DNA of 64,000 nucleotides, taken from contig NZ_JAPNJX010000021.1 of assembly GCF_026626685.1 (NCBI RefSeq), forward strand, positions 105,329-169,328. The letters are read 5' to 3'. Position 1 is the first letter of the stretch; each line of letters opens with the position of its first letter. This stretch comes from Nannocystis sp. SCPEA4 (GTDB lineage Bacteria > Myxococcota_A > Polyangia > Nannocystales > Nannocystaceae). Both the position numbers and the translations under genes were made by a program. Below the pieces are notes generated by a model. It saw only the letters and a program-made list of their open reading frames with translations. It was not told where the DNA came from and ran no database searches. Shown piece after piece: positions 18,071 to 28,135 of the stretch.

Positions 18071-18141
18071 TACAGCCGCTGAAGTTCTCCACCTGGATTC
18101 ACCGGGTGACACTTTGTGGCCCGCGCGGTGTTGGATCCGCG

Positions 18142-18684
18142 ATGCCCCACCGAGCCATCTTCTCCATGCTCTCGCTCCTCGTCGCCTGCGGGTCCCAGGA
18201 CAGCGACAGCACGACCACCAACGCCGAGGAGCCGAGCGTCGCCGAACTCGCGGCCTGCGACGAGCACGACCTCGAGCTGATCCCCTTCATGGGCCCCGCC
18301 TTCGACGACAACGGCGCCCTCCTCGCCCCCCTGCCCGTGCCGCACATCGTCGCCACCACTGCGGGCTGGCACACTCCCGAAAACCGGGACGCCGTCGTCA
18401 GTCACAACGCCCCGCCGATGATGGATGTCTTCACCCACGACGGCCTTCTCGGGGCCAGCTTCGCCTACTCCGAGGCTTGCAGCAGCGCGCGGACCGTGAC
18501 GCTCTGGCGCGACGATGCCGCGCGAAAGAAGTTCGTGTTCGGCGAGGTCCATAGCGCCGCGATCAAGAACGGCCTGAAGTACACCAGCGGGTGGGAGACC
18601 ACCCACTGGACCGAGTCCACCGCCACCGAGCCCCCGAGCTGGGACGCCGTCAGGGTCCGACTCGCCAACGTCCGCCGCGAGTGA
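18142..18684 (+). CDS. Lipoprotein, hypothetical
   Basis: MPHRAIFSMLSLLVACGS lipobox. 180 aa. In frame with the end of the spurious 814-aa ORF. Confidence 0.55.
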   Translation: MPHRAIFSMLSLLVACGSQDSDSTTTNAEEPSVAELAACDEHDLELIPFMGPAFDDNGALLAPLPVPHIVATTAGWHTPENRDAVVSHNAPPMMDVFTHDGLLGASFAYSEACSSARTVTLWRDDAARKKFVFGEVHSAAIKNGLKYTSGWETTHWTESTATEPPSWDAVRVRLANVRRE

Positions 18685-18785
18685 GGCGTGCCTCGACGGC
18701 GAGGCCCGGCGATGAGGCCGTGATCACGCATGCATGACGAGAACACCGTCGAGCCGAACGAGCCCGGCTCGCGCTCCGGGATCGC

Positions 18786-19196
18786 CTACTTCGTCTCGCC
18801 TTCCTGCGCGAAGTCGAGGCTCGCGGAGTTGATGCAGTAACGCAGACGTGTCGGCTGCGGACCATCGGGGAACACGTGCCCCAGGTGTCCGCCGCAGCGG
18901 CGACACAGGACCTCGATCCTGCGCATCCCGTGGCTGGTGTCGACGCGCTCCTCGATCGCCGAGCGATCGACCGCGTCGAAGAAGCTCGGCCAGCCGCAGC
19001 CGGAGTCGAACTTCGTCCCCGCGTCGAACAGCAGCGCCCCGCAGCCGGCACACAGGTAGCGGCCGGGTGCCTTCTGATCCCAGTACGCGCCGGTGAAGGC
19101 CCGCTCGGTCCCGGCCTGTCGCAGCACGCGGTACTGCTCCGGGCTCAGCGTCGCTCGCCACTCGGCGTCCGTCTTCGTCACCTCTCGTTCGGCCAT
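18786..19196 (-). CDS. msrB: Peptide-methionine (R)-S-oxide reductase MsrB
   Basis: 136 aa. Both CxxC zinc pairs ([17 protein letters not shown]) and the catalytic RYCINSASL motif. Confidence 0.9.
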   Translation of the reverse strand: MAEREVTKTDAEWRATLSPEQYRVLRQAGTERAFTGAYWDQKAPGRYLCAGCGALLFDAGTKFDSGCGWPSFFDAVDRSAIEERVDTSHGMRRIEVLCRRCGGHLGHVFPDGPQPTRLRYCINSASLDFAQEGETK

Positions 19197-19326
19197 GCGC
19201 GCACCATAGCGCTTTCGGAGCCGCGAGCCGCTCTCGGGCGTTCGCCCACGCGAGGTTCGTCGCCCCCGCCGATTCCGCGTTGCAAGCCCTCGGGCCGGCC
19301 TCTACCGTGGCTTCCGAGGAGGCGAC

Positions 19327-21105
19327 GTGGTGTCACGATCACTACCGACAACCCTGGCCGCGCTGGTCCTGGCCGCGCCGATCATCGGCTGCGGCGGCGG
19401 CGGCGGCGGGAACGACGATGCCGGCGCGACCGCGGGCGACACCGATGGGTCCGGCGCGACCGAGGGCACCGCGGGCACCGCGGGCACCACTCCGACCGAG
19501 GGTAGCGGCACCGACACCAGCGCCGATCCGACCGAGGGTCCCGCCCCGGTCTCGTGCGACGACGGCCCGCAGCCGGGGCCGATGCCGCGGCTCGTGCGGC
19601 TCACGCACCAGCAGTACGACCTCACCGTCGCCGACCTGTTCAAGAAGAGCTTCGACCCCAGGCCCTCGGCCGAGTTCCTCGCCGATCCTGCCGTCGCCGG
19701 CTTCGACAACAACGCCGTGCAGATGGTCGTCAAGGATCGACTCGGCCGCGACTATCGCCGCGCCGCCGAGCGCCTCGCCGGCGAGGCTGTCGCGCCCGAC
19801 GTCCTCGCCGGGCTCTTGCCGTGTCAGCCCGAGGGCGACGGCTCGCAGTGCGCCGCCCAGTTCGTCGCCGAGTTCGGCCGCCGCGCCTTCCGGCGCCCGC
19901 TCACCGCCGCCGAGCAGACCACCTACGCCGGCCTCTTCACCCAGGGCCAGGGCCTCTATCCCGAGGGCACCCCGTTCGAGCAGGGCATCCGCTTCATCAT
20001 CGAGGCCATGCTGCAGTCGGGTCACTTCCTCTACCGCGTCGAGCTCAGCGACGCCCCGGGCGGCGAGGTCATCGCGCTGAGCGGCTACGAGGTCGCCTCG
20101 CGCCTGTCCTACCTGTTGTGGGGCAGCATGCCCGACGACACCCTGCTCGCCGCCGCCGAGGCCGGCGAGCTCGACACCCCCGCCGGCCTCGAGGCCCAGG
20201 CGCGGCGCCTGCTCGACAGTCCCAAGGCCGAGGCGCCGGTGGCCGACTTCCACCGCCAGTGGCTCGAGCTCGACAAGGTCGACAACCTGCAGAAGAACAG
20301 CGACCTCTACCCCGAGTGGAGCGGCGCCCTCGCCGACGCCATGCGCGAGGAGACGCAGCAGTTCGTGCGCCACGTCGTGTTCGAGCTCGAGGGCGACTAC
20401 GCCGCGCTGCTCACCGCGCCCGTCACCTTCGTCAACGCCGAGCTCGCGGCGCTCTACGGCGTGCAGGGCCAGTTCGGCGCCGAGTTCACCGAGGCCGCCC
20501 TCGACCCGCAGAAGCGCGCCGGCCTGCTCACCCAGCCGAGCTTCCTCGCCACTCACGCCTACCAGAGCTCGTCCTCGCCGATCTTCCGCGGCGCCTTCGT
20601 GCAGAAGCAGATCCTCTGCACGCCGCCGCCGCCGCCGCCCGGCGGCATCGATCCCAACCTGCCGCCGCCGGGCGACGACATCGTCACCACCCGCGATCAG
20701 GTCGAGGCCCACACCCAGCTCGACCCGTACTGCGCCGGCTGCCACAAGAGCATCATCAACCCGCCCGGCTTCGCCTTCGAGCACTAACACGCGCTCGGCA
20801 AGTGGCGCGACCTCGACAACGGCGCCCCCGTCGACGCCAGCGGCGAGCTCGTGTCCGGCAGCTGGGTGTTCTCGTTCACCGACGCCGTCGACATGGTCAA
20901 TCAGATCGCCGAGTCGGAGAACGGCACCCGCTGCTACCTCACCAACTGGTTCCGCTACGGCTACGGCCGCGACGTCGCGCCCATCGATCGCTGCACGATC
21001 GACGCCCTCGACGCCGAGCTGGCCGCCTCGGGCTACAACATCAAGGAGCTGCTGGTGTCCCTCACGCTGACCCGTACCTTCCGCTTCCGCGCGGTGGAGG
21101 AGTGA
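19327..21105 (+). pseudogene. DUF1592/DUF1588-family (PSD1-like) lipoprotein gene interrupted by a single in-frame TAA at 20785..20787
   Basis: Lipobox LAAPIIGCGGG. DUF1587/DUF1595/DUF1592/DUF1588/DUF1585-like blocks in canonical order (LSYLLWGSMPDD, CAGCHK, FRYGYGR). The same reading frame continues through ...PGFAFEH*HALGKWRDLDNG, where the stop replaces an aromatic residue in the conserved F.FEN(F/Y)D.(I/V)GRWR block. Confidence 0.7.
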
Positions 21106-22523
21106 TGACCATGAGACGGCGGAACTTCCTGCGAGGCGCGTGCGGAGTCGCGGTCGCGCTGCCCTTCCTCGAGTCGCTGAACTGGCGCCGCTTCATCAAG
21201 ACGGCCCGCGCCGCCGAACCCGGCGGCAAGCGTCTCGTCGTGTTCTTCATGTGCAACGGCGTCAACATGGAGACCTTCTTCCCGGCCGCGCCCGGCCCGC
21301 TGTCGGCGGCCTCGCTGATGGGCACCGGCCTCGAGCCGGTGGCCGACTACGCCGGCAAGCTGCTGATCCCTCGCGGCATGCACATGGTGCCCAAGGGCTG
21401 GGGCCAGGACGCCGACACCCCGGGTGACGACCACGCCAAGGGCATGGGCCACAAGCTCACCGCCGAGGCGCTGCACCCCGACACCCTCTACTCGCGGGGG
21501 ATCTCGATCGACCAGTTCGCCGCCCAGAAGCTCAACAAGGACGGCGCCCCGGCGATGACCCTCTCGGTCGGCTGGCGTCACACCAACTGGCTCGGCCACA
21601 TCTCGTACGCCGGCGCCAACACCCCGGTCACGCCCGAGGGCAACCCGTGGCTGACCTACCAGGACCTCATGGGCCTGGGCGGCCTCGACGAGGCCGTGAA
21701 GATGCAGATCGCCGCGCGCCGCCAGAGCGTGCTCGACCTCGTCGAGGAGGAGTTCAAGGCGCTCAAGGCCAAGAACCTCAGCCAGGCCGACGTCACCAAG
21801 CTCGAGATGCACGCCGACTCGATCCGCGACCTCGAGGTCGACATGGTCGGCAACGGCCTCATCGAGTGCGCCCTCGACCCCGCGCGCGCGGGCGAGATCG
21901 AGGCCATCGACCCCAACAGCGTGCTCGAGGACTGGCAGTTCAAGACGATCGGCCAGATGCAGCTCGACATCCTCGCCATGGCGATCGCCTGCGGAGCCAC
22001 CAGCGCCGGCTCGATCCAGTTCGCCTCCGGCTCGGGCGGCCCGATCTACAAGTGGGACGGGATGAACCACGAGTACAACCACCACAAGCTGTCGCACGGC
22101 AACACCAAGGACGACGACTCGGGCGAGGAGGTGGCGGGCTACCTCGACATGATCGCCCAGATCGATCGCTGGCACGCGGAGCAGTTCAAGCACCTGCTCG
22201 ACCGCCTCTCGGGTTACAGCGAGGGCGACGGCACGGTGCTCGATAACTCGGCGGTGGTGTGGTTCAACGAGCTGTCCGACGGCAAGGCCCACTCGTACCT
22301 CGACCTCCCGATCGTCATCGCGGGCGGCGCGGGCGGGTACCTCAAGCAGGGGCACTACATCGACCTCATCAACGGGCAGGACCCCTGGGTCCAGTCGCAC
22401 CCGCACAACCGGCTGCTCATCACGCTGCTCAACGCGGTCGGCTGCACCGACAACGGCGGGCCGATCACGCAGTTCGGGCGGGCTGGACTCGAGCCGGGCG
22501 AGTACGCCGAGCTCCTGGCCTGA
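21105..22523 (+). CDS. DUF1552 domain-containing protein (Tat-signal; usual partner of the DUF1592 family)
   Basis: MTMRRRNFLRGACGVAVALPF twin-arginine signal. 472 aa. Start overlaps the upstream stop (TGATG). Confidence 0.8.
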   Translation: MTMRRRNFLRGACGVAVALPFLESLNWRRFIKTARAAEPGGKRLVVFFMCNGVNMETFFPAAPGPLSAASLMGTGLEPVADYAGKLLIPRGMHMVPKGWGQDADTPGDDHAKGMGHKLTAEALHPDTLYSRGISIDQFAAQKLNKDGAPAMTLSVGWRHTNWLGHISYAGANTPVTPEGNPWLTYQDLMGLGGLDEAVKMQIAARRQSVLDLVEEEFKALKAKNLSQADVTKLEMHADSIRDLEVDMVGNGLIECALDPARAGEIEAIDPNSVLEDWQFKTIGQMQLDILAMAIACGATSAGSIQFASGSGGPIYKWDGMNHEYNHHKLSHGNTKDDDSGEEVAGYLDMIAQIDRWHAEQFKHLLDRLSGYSEGDGTVLDNSAVVWFNELSDGKAHSYLDLPIVIAGGAGGYLKQGHYIDLINGQDPWVQSHPHNRLLITLLNAVGCTDNGGPITQFGRAGLEPGEYAELLA

Positions 22524-22579
22524 TTTCGCTTCGGTGTTGACGCGGGCCACGTCCGGCGAAAGCTGGGCGCGGCCCGCCT

Positions 22580-22822
22580 CGCGAATTGCCGACTGCGCCT
22601 CGCGTGGGGTCCGGGGAAGGGTCGGCCGCGAGTTCAGCGTGCCGATGCCCCCTCCTGCGTCGGGGTCATCTTGCCCTCGTATTCGCGGCCGACCCTTCCC
22701 CGGACCCCTGGCACGGCTGCAGCCGTGAGAGGCCGACACGCCGTCCTCGACTCCGATGGAGGATGTCCTTTGGAGCAGCTTGCCAGCGCCTGGTCGACGG
22801 CCAGGGCTGGCCGCCGACCAGA
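22580..22822. repeat. Copy A of a roughly 235-bp dispersed element carrying an internal 21-bp inverted repeat
   Basis: About 85-90% identical to the reverse complement of 28912..29148. Internal stem GGGGTCCGGGGAAGGGTCGGC ... GCCGACCCTTCCCCGGACCCC separated by about 60 nt. Confidence 0.75.
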
Positions 22823-23056
22823 CGCTTTCTCAGGTCATTACGGCGTGTCATCTCCCACGGCGTGCGCTTGCCGTGCGCCGCACAGCGCCTTCCCAAGACG
22901 TGGTGAGAGACAGGCGTCGATCTTGCTGACGAGGGCCGGCGCATGCGGTGACATGACTTAGAGACATGTCTTTTTAAACAGTCCATGACCATTCACGGGT
23001 TCGCGCTGGCGCGCAGGCGTGTGCTCGCGCATGCTCGCGTCCGGAGACCCGGACCC

Positions 23057-23479
23057 ATGCCACACAGTTATCACGGCAGCTGTCACTGCGGCACGATCCG
23101 CTTCGAGGCCGACATCGATCTGGCCGCCGGCATTCGCAAGTGCAACTGCAGCTTCTGCTGGAAGCTCGGCTATCGCAAGGCGCTCGTCCCGTACGACGCC
23201 GTGCGCACGACCGCAGGCGCCGAGGCGATGAAGGACTACCAGCCGACCCCCCTGCACTGGCCCCCCGGCGACATCAACCACTACTTCTGCGGCTCGTGCG
23301 GCGCGCACGTGTTCTCGCGCGGCTACCTCGAGAAGGAGATGGGCGGCCACTTCTGGGCCGTCAACGTCGCCTGCCTCGACGACGTCACCGAAGAGGAGCT
23401 CGCGGCGGCCCCGGTCATCTACGAGGACGGCAAGCGCGACCGCCAGGACCAGCCGCCCGCCATCACCGCCTACTTGTGA
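23057..23479 (+). CDS. GFA-family protein (glutathione-dependent formaldehyde-activating enzyme/CENP-V-like)
   Basis: MPHSYHGSCHCGTIRFE ... CNCSFC ... FCGSCGAH Cys pattern. 140 aa. Confidence 0.75.
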   Translation: MPHSYHGSCHCGTIRFEADIDLAAGIRKCNCSFCWKLGYRKALVPYDAVRTTAGAEAMKDYQPTPLHWPPGDINHYFCGSCGAHVFSRGYLEKEMGGHFWAVNVACLDDVTEEELAAAPVIYEDGKRDRQDQPPAITAYL

Positions 23480-23577
23480 GCCGCAGACGGTCGTCGAGCG
23501 ACCTGCCCGATCAAACATGTCACTCCCACTGGCGCGGCCGAAGTATCATCGCGCCAGCGAGACCAGCGACCGCTCGC

Positions 23578-25311
23578 TCAACCCGACCGCGCCCACGCCA
23601 CGAACGCCTCGAGCGCCGCCAGCGGAGCCTCGTCCGCGATCACGCGGGCCAGCGCCGCCAGCAGCTCCGGCTCCGCGTGGCCATCCAGGCGGGCCCGGGC
23701 CACGTTCGCGGCCAGCTCCCAGCCGGGAGAGCGCACCCCCCCGGCCAGCATCTCGCGCAGCTGCGCCAGCGCATCGGGCACGACCTCGGGCGCGTGCGCG
23801 TGCGCGTAGAAGCACAGCTCGCAGCGCAGCGGCGACCCGGCCTCCGACAGCTCGAGCGCCCGCGCCAGCAGCTCGCGCCCCTCCGCGCCGCGTCCCTCCG
23901 CGAACAGCAACCGGGCGAAGTTGCCGAGCAGGTTGGCGTCCTCCGGATCGGCCGCCAGCGCGCGGCGGTACAGCGCCTCGGCGCCGGCGACGTCGGCGAA
24001 CGCCGCCGCGCGGAAGTTGGCGTAGTTGCCGAGATGGTGCGCGTCGTCCGGCGCGGCCGCGATCGTCGCCTGGTAGCAGGCGTCGGCGCGCGCCCGATCG
24101 CCGCGGATCAGCGCCAGGAAGTTGGCGAAGTTGCCGAGGTGATCGGCGTCGTCCGGTGCGGCCGCCAGCGCCTGCTCGTAGTACGCCTCGGCGAGGTCGT
24201 GCTCGCCGCACACGTCGCTCAGGAACGCCGCGAAGTTGCCGAGCATGTCTGCATGGTCCGGCGCGTCGGCCAGGAACTTCTCATAATAACCGCGAGCCAG
24301 CGGGTTGCCGGCCGAATGTAGCGCCGTGGCGAAGCTCGCCAGCCGCGGCGAGTCGACCGGCAGCGCCTCCGCGAGCAACGCGAACAACGGGTCGCTCGCG
24401 GCGGCCGGCGCCATGTGTTCGCGCAACCGCGGGAACAACCCCCCCAGCGACGCCCCTGTCGGCTCGACCACGATCGCCACCCGCAGCAGCGCCAGCGCGC
24501 GCCCCCACGCCTGCGCCTCGATCGCCGCCTCGACGCCGCGGAGGAGCGCCCGCGCCTCGAACCCCGCGTCGACCAGCAGCTCGCGCGCCAGCGCCACGTG
24601 GGCCGCGTGCACCGGCCCGCGCTCGCTCGCCTGTTCGTGAAGCGCCAGCCGCGGGTGCTGCGGGATCGGCCCCGACAGCGCGAGTACCTCGTCCGCGAAC
24701 GCCACGCGCGCCGCCTCCTCGCGCACCGCCGTCAGCTCGTCCTCGCCGAGCGGCAGCGGGCCGTACACCACCCGCGCCGGCAACTCCGCCACACGACAGC
24801 GGCGCAGCAGCTCGGCCGTGCCCGCCACCTGCTGTTGATTGAGCGCCGTCAACACCACCACGCGATCGGCGAGCGCCCGCACCACCCGCTCCGTCGCCCG
24901 CGACAGCCCCGCCGGGCCGTCGACCAGCACCACGTCGGCGATCTCGGCGGCGTCGAGGCGGCGCCGCAGTTCGCCCAGCACCGCCGCGCGCTCGCCCTGC
25001 GGCCACGCGTCCAGACGATCCCAGTACGCCGCATCGAGCCGGCCCGCCCGCAGCACCCGCAGCGTCCCCGCGATCGGCACGCAGCACCCTGCCATCGCCG
25101 CGGCTTCCGGCACCCCCGCCGTCATCAGCTCCACGAGCCCGTCGCCGTCGCCGCCGGCCAGCCGCGACAGCCCCGGCGACTCGAGATCGGCGTCGACGAG
25201 CAACACCCGCAGCCCACGCGCCGCCAGCACGCGCCCGACGCCCAGCACCGCCAGCGTCCTGCCCACGCCGCCGTGAGCCGACCAGAACGTGATGAACGGC
25301 GCCGCCTGCAT
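23578..25311 (-). CDS. ParA/MinD-like P-loop ATPase domain (deviant Walker A lacking both lysines) fused to TPR repeats
   Basis: N-terminus FITFWSAHGGVGRT...VLLVDADL resembles KGGVGKT...D-D of ParA/MinD with K replaced by H and R. C-terminal half is TPR-like (AEAYYEQALAAAPDDADHLGNFANFL repeats). Confidence 0.6.
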   Translation of the reverse strand: MQAAPFITFWSAHGGVGRTLAVLGVGRVLAARGLRVLLVDADLESPGLSRLAGGDGDGLVELMTAGVPEAAAMAGCCVPIAGTLRVLRAGRLDAAYWDRLDAWPQGERAAVLGELRRRLDAAEIADVVLVDGPAGLSRATERVVRALADRVVVLTALNQQQVAGTAELLRRCRVAELPARVVYGPLPLGEDELTAVREEAARVAFADEVLALSGPIPQHPRLALHEQASERGPVHAAHVALARELLVDAGFEARALLRGVEAAIEAQAWGRALALLRVAIVVEPTGASLGGLFPRLREHMAPAAASDPLFALLAEALPVDSPRLASFATALHSAGNPLARGYYEKFLADAPDHADMLGNFAAFLSDVCGEHDLAEAYYEQALAAAPDDADHLGNFANFLALIRGDRARADACYQATIAAAPDDAHHLGNYANFRAAAFADVAGAEALYRRALAADPEDANLLGNFARLLFAEGRGAEGRELLARALELSEAGSPLRCELCFYAHAHAPEVVPDALAQLREMLAGGVRSPGWELAANVARARLDGHAEPELLAALARVIADEAPLAALEAFVAWARSG

Positions 25312-25440
25312 GCCTGCGACCTCTTCTACCCGCGTGCGCCCCGCGCCGCACGCCGCCCCTGTCCCCATACGGCGTGCGGTTTCACCCGTCGCGCCCCGCA
25401 GGCCCGCCTGCCCGCGACGAGTCCCACCGTCTCCGAGTGC

Positions 25441-25625
25441 ATGTCCATTCGGACATGAATCTATTCACATGTCCATTTAGACATGTCTTGTCAATTTCGA
25501 CGAGTCCATTCCTACGGACATTGTCTATGACTCCATGAACATATGTCCATTCAGGCACATTTCTGCGCCCCTCGACGGGCCGGGCCGCGCTGCGAAAGCC
25601 TGTCCGTAACGACATGTCCTACGAA
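25441..25625. repeat. AT-rich island made of tandem GACATGTCC-family repeats, upstream of the ParA-TPR gene
   Basis: CATGTCCATTCGGACATGAATCTATTCACATGTCCATTTAGACATGTCTTG...GACGAGTCCATTCCTACGGACATTGTCTATGAC...ATATGTCCATTCAGG...CGACATGTCCTACG. Local GC is far below the window average. Confidence 0.7.
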
Positions 25626-28063
25626 TCACCCGTCGGTGCACGCCCTCGCCGATCCTCGCGCGCCCACCTCGCCAGCGCCGCCAGCAGCCCCAGCGCTGCC
25701 AGCGGCCACAAGGGCGCCAGCGGATCGCGACGCGTACGCCGTTCGGCCCACGTCGCGGCCCGCTCCGGCGCCCACGCGAAGCGCAGCGATCCGGGCGGCG
25801 CCGGCGGCAGCCCGTGGCGTGCGCGCACCTCGGGGGCCAGCTGGGCGAACGGCTCCTCCGCGCAGTTCACCTGCGCCAGAACCCGCGTCTCGACGTGCGC
25901 CGCGAAGTGCTCCTGGCGATCGCTGCCGGGCGGAGGCAGCGGCGCGCGCAGCCCCTCGAGCCGCGCCTCGCGGGCCGGCTCGCCCGCGTGCTCGAGCGCC
26001 CAGCGGCGGCACAGGTAGCGCACGTGCCACAGCGACATGCGCTCGCGCTGCCCGAGCAGGTTGTCGCCGATCTTGCGCCAGCGATCGTGCCACGGATGCG
26101 GCAGCGGCAGATCGTCCGCGCGCTGCGGCCCCTCGTCGTAGCGGTGGCGGACCCCGGCCGCGTCGACCACCGTCGTCCGCACCAGCATCTGATCGCGCGG
26201 TGGATTGGGCGCGAACATCGACCACACCTGGCTGGTGTAGCTGAGCTCGATCCACGGCCCGACCAGCGCTCGCACCGGCCCACGCCACGGCAGGCTCGAC
26301 CACGCCGGCAGCTGCCACACCAGCAGCGCGACCACGTGGTACGCCACGAGCCCCCCGGCCGCCAGGCGCCCCGCCGGCCCGTGCGCCCACGGCTCGACCA
26401 GCGCCGTCGTCTCGCTGCGACGGCGCCGCGCGGCTCGCCAGCCGACGATCGTCAGACCTGTCCCTGCGGCCAGCCAGGCCGCGTGCCACGCCCGCGGCCC
26501 GGCGCCCGCGGCCAGCGCCACCAGTCCGCCCGCCAGCACCACCCCGCCCGCGGCCGCGATCGCCCACCCCGGCAGCGCCGCCGCGTCGCGGTGCAGGTGC
26601 GGCAGCGACGGGTCCTCCGCCGCGATGGCTGTCTCTCGGCCCAGGTGCTCGGGGACAGGTACGCGCACACGCGCCAGCCCGCGCAGCGCTCGCTGCAACA
26701 TCGCAATCGCCCACGGACCCGCCCCGCACACCAGATAGGCCGCCAGCGTCGCCGGCGCGAACGCCCCCACGGCCAGCAGCGCGTGGTTGGCGAGGTGGAA
26801 CAGCGCCCCGAACCCCAGCCACCAACGCGGCGCCAGAGGTCCTGCGGCCAGGCGCCGCCCCACCGCCGCCGCCCGGGGCCCCGCGATCGCCACCGCCGCG
26901 GCGATCGCCGCCAGCACCGCCAGCGTCGCCGCGCGCTCGAAGCCGCCGGGATCACCTGACTTTTCCACCAGGTCCTGAGGGACAGCCGCGGCCAGCCCCG
27001 CCGCCACCGCGATCCCGGCCCAGCACAGCCGCGCCCCCGCGCTCGCGGCCCCCTGCAGCGCCGGCGCTCCGCTGCGCGCCACGGCCCGCAGCGCCAGCCC
27101 GACCAGCACCAGCGGGAACAGCCGCTCCCACCACTCCACGCCCCAGCTGGCCAGGCGCAGCGGCCACGGCCCGACCGCAGCGATCACCGCGGACATGTCC
27201 CAACGGACATATGTGTCGCGCGACAGCACCAGCAGCAGCGCGTCGCCCGAGCGCCACGTCGGGCCCGACTTCGCCCAGCCGTTGACCGCGTAGCACAGCG
27301 CCAACTGGCCCGCGATCAGCGCCTGCGGCCACGCGGGGATCCGGCGGTAGATCGCCGCCAGCCCCCGCGGCGCCGCCGGCGACGGTGCCAGGCCCGCCCC
27401 GGCGCCTGGTCCCGAGGACATGCTCAAAAAGCCACGTCGTCGCAGGGCCCGGCAGCGCCGCCAGTTGTCGACGCTGAACGCCGCCCCGCAGCGCGACCAC
27501 ATCAGCAGGAACAGGAACGCGCAGAACACCTGCTCCCCGCCCCAGTGGGCGTCGCCGCGGCGCAGCAGCCCGGCGTACAGCAGCCAGCAGAGGATCGTGC
27601 TGACGCGGGTGCGCCAGCCCAGGGTCAGGCCGAGCGCCGCGACCACCAGCCCCGCGAAATGCAGCCGCACCGCCGTCGGGCTGTCCCCGAAGTACAGCGG
27701 CGACCAGCGCCCGCTGATCACGAACTCGAGCAGCGCCGCCAGGTCGCGCGGGCCCGCGGGCTCGCGCACGCCGTCGCCGAAGCCGATCGTCGCCCCGCGC
27801 CCCATGAGCTCCGGCACCACGGCGCGCGGCAGCAGGCCCTCGTCGGAGAATAGATAGTCGAGCAGCGGCGCGATCTCGACCGTTGTCGCCAGCAGACAAC
27901 AACCGAACGCGATCCGGAACAGCGCCAGCGGTCTCGGGTCGACCGCACGCAGCAGCACCCGCCGCAGCGCCTCACGGTGCAGCGCCACCAGCCCGACAAG
28001 GCTCGCCGACAACAGGACGAGCGCCAGCGCGAGCGCGAAAGACACCGCGCGAGTGTATCCCAC
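25619..28063 (-). CDS. HTTM-domain (vitamin K-dependent gamma-carboxylase-like) polytopic membrane protein
   Basis: 814 aa with many TM helices. N-terminal LALFRIAFGCCLL...IAPLLDYLFSDEG resembles the HTTM domain start. GTG start. Confidence 0.55.
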   Translation of the reverse strand: MGYTRAVSFALALALVLLSASLVGLVALHREALRRVLLRAVDPRPLALFRIAFGCCLLATTVEIAPLLDYLFSDEGLLPRAVVPELMGRGATIGFGDGVREPAGPRDLAALLEFVISGRWSPLYFGDSPTAVRLHFAGLVVAALGLTLGWRTRVSTILCWLLYAGLLRRGDAHWGGEQVFCAFLFLLMWSRCGAAFSVDNWRRCRALRRRGFLSMSSGPGAGAGLAPSPAAPRGLAAIYRRIPAWPQALIAGQLALCYAVNGWAKSGPTWRSGDALLLVLSRDTYVRWDMSAVIAAVGPWPLRLASWGVEWWERLFPLVLVGLALRAVARSGAPALQGAASAGARLCWAGIAVAAGLAAAVPQDLVEKSGDPGGFERAATLAVLAAIAAAVAIAGPRAAAVGRRLAAGPLAPRWWLGFGALFHLANHALLAVGAFAPATLAAYLVCGAGPWAIAMLQRALRGLARVRVPVPEHLGRETAIAAEDPSLPHLHRDAAALPGWAIAAAGGVVLAGGLVALAAGAGPRAWHAAWLAAGTGLTIVGWRAARRRRSETTALVEPWAHGPAGRLAAGGLVAYHVVALLVWQLPAWSSLPWRGPVRALVGPWIELSYTSQVWSMFAPNPPRDQMLVRTTVVDAAGVRHRYDEGPQRADDLPLPHPWHDRWRKIGDNLLGQRERMSLWHVRYLCRRWALEHAGEPAREARLEGLRAPLPPPGSDRQEHFAAHVETRVLAQVNCAEEPFAQLAPEVRARHGLPPAPPGSLRFAWAPERAATWAERRTRRDPLAPLWPLAALGLLAALARWAREDRRGRAPTGDS

Positions 28064-28135
28064 CGCACGGCGGGTCCGCCCGCGGACCGGCTGTTTTTCT
28101 GGTCACCGCCGGGCCGCGTCTGCTATGGTCCGCCC

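Noticed and set aside
16240-18141. Upstream 630 codons of the 814-aa plus-strand ORF 16240..18684
   Set aside because: Only the last 180 codons (18142..18684, a lipoprotein with an ATG and lipobox) look genuine. The rest overlaps the 15935..16942 and 17471..18070 genes out of frame and crosses the motif array.
19554-22523. 989-aa alternative-frame ORF spanning the DUF1592-family and DUF1552 genes
   Set aside because: It only shares its end with the DUF1552 frame. The upstream part is an Arg/Pro-rich off-frame read of the DUF1592-family gene.
22586-22906. ORFs 22586..22906 (+), 22534..22728 (+), 28826..29179 (-) and 28891..29094 (+) that share peptide similarity
   Set aside because: Similarity is a by-product of the two inverted copies of the 235-bp DNA repeat. 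No start or RBS context. Composition is non-coding-like.
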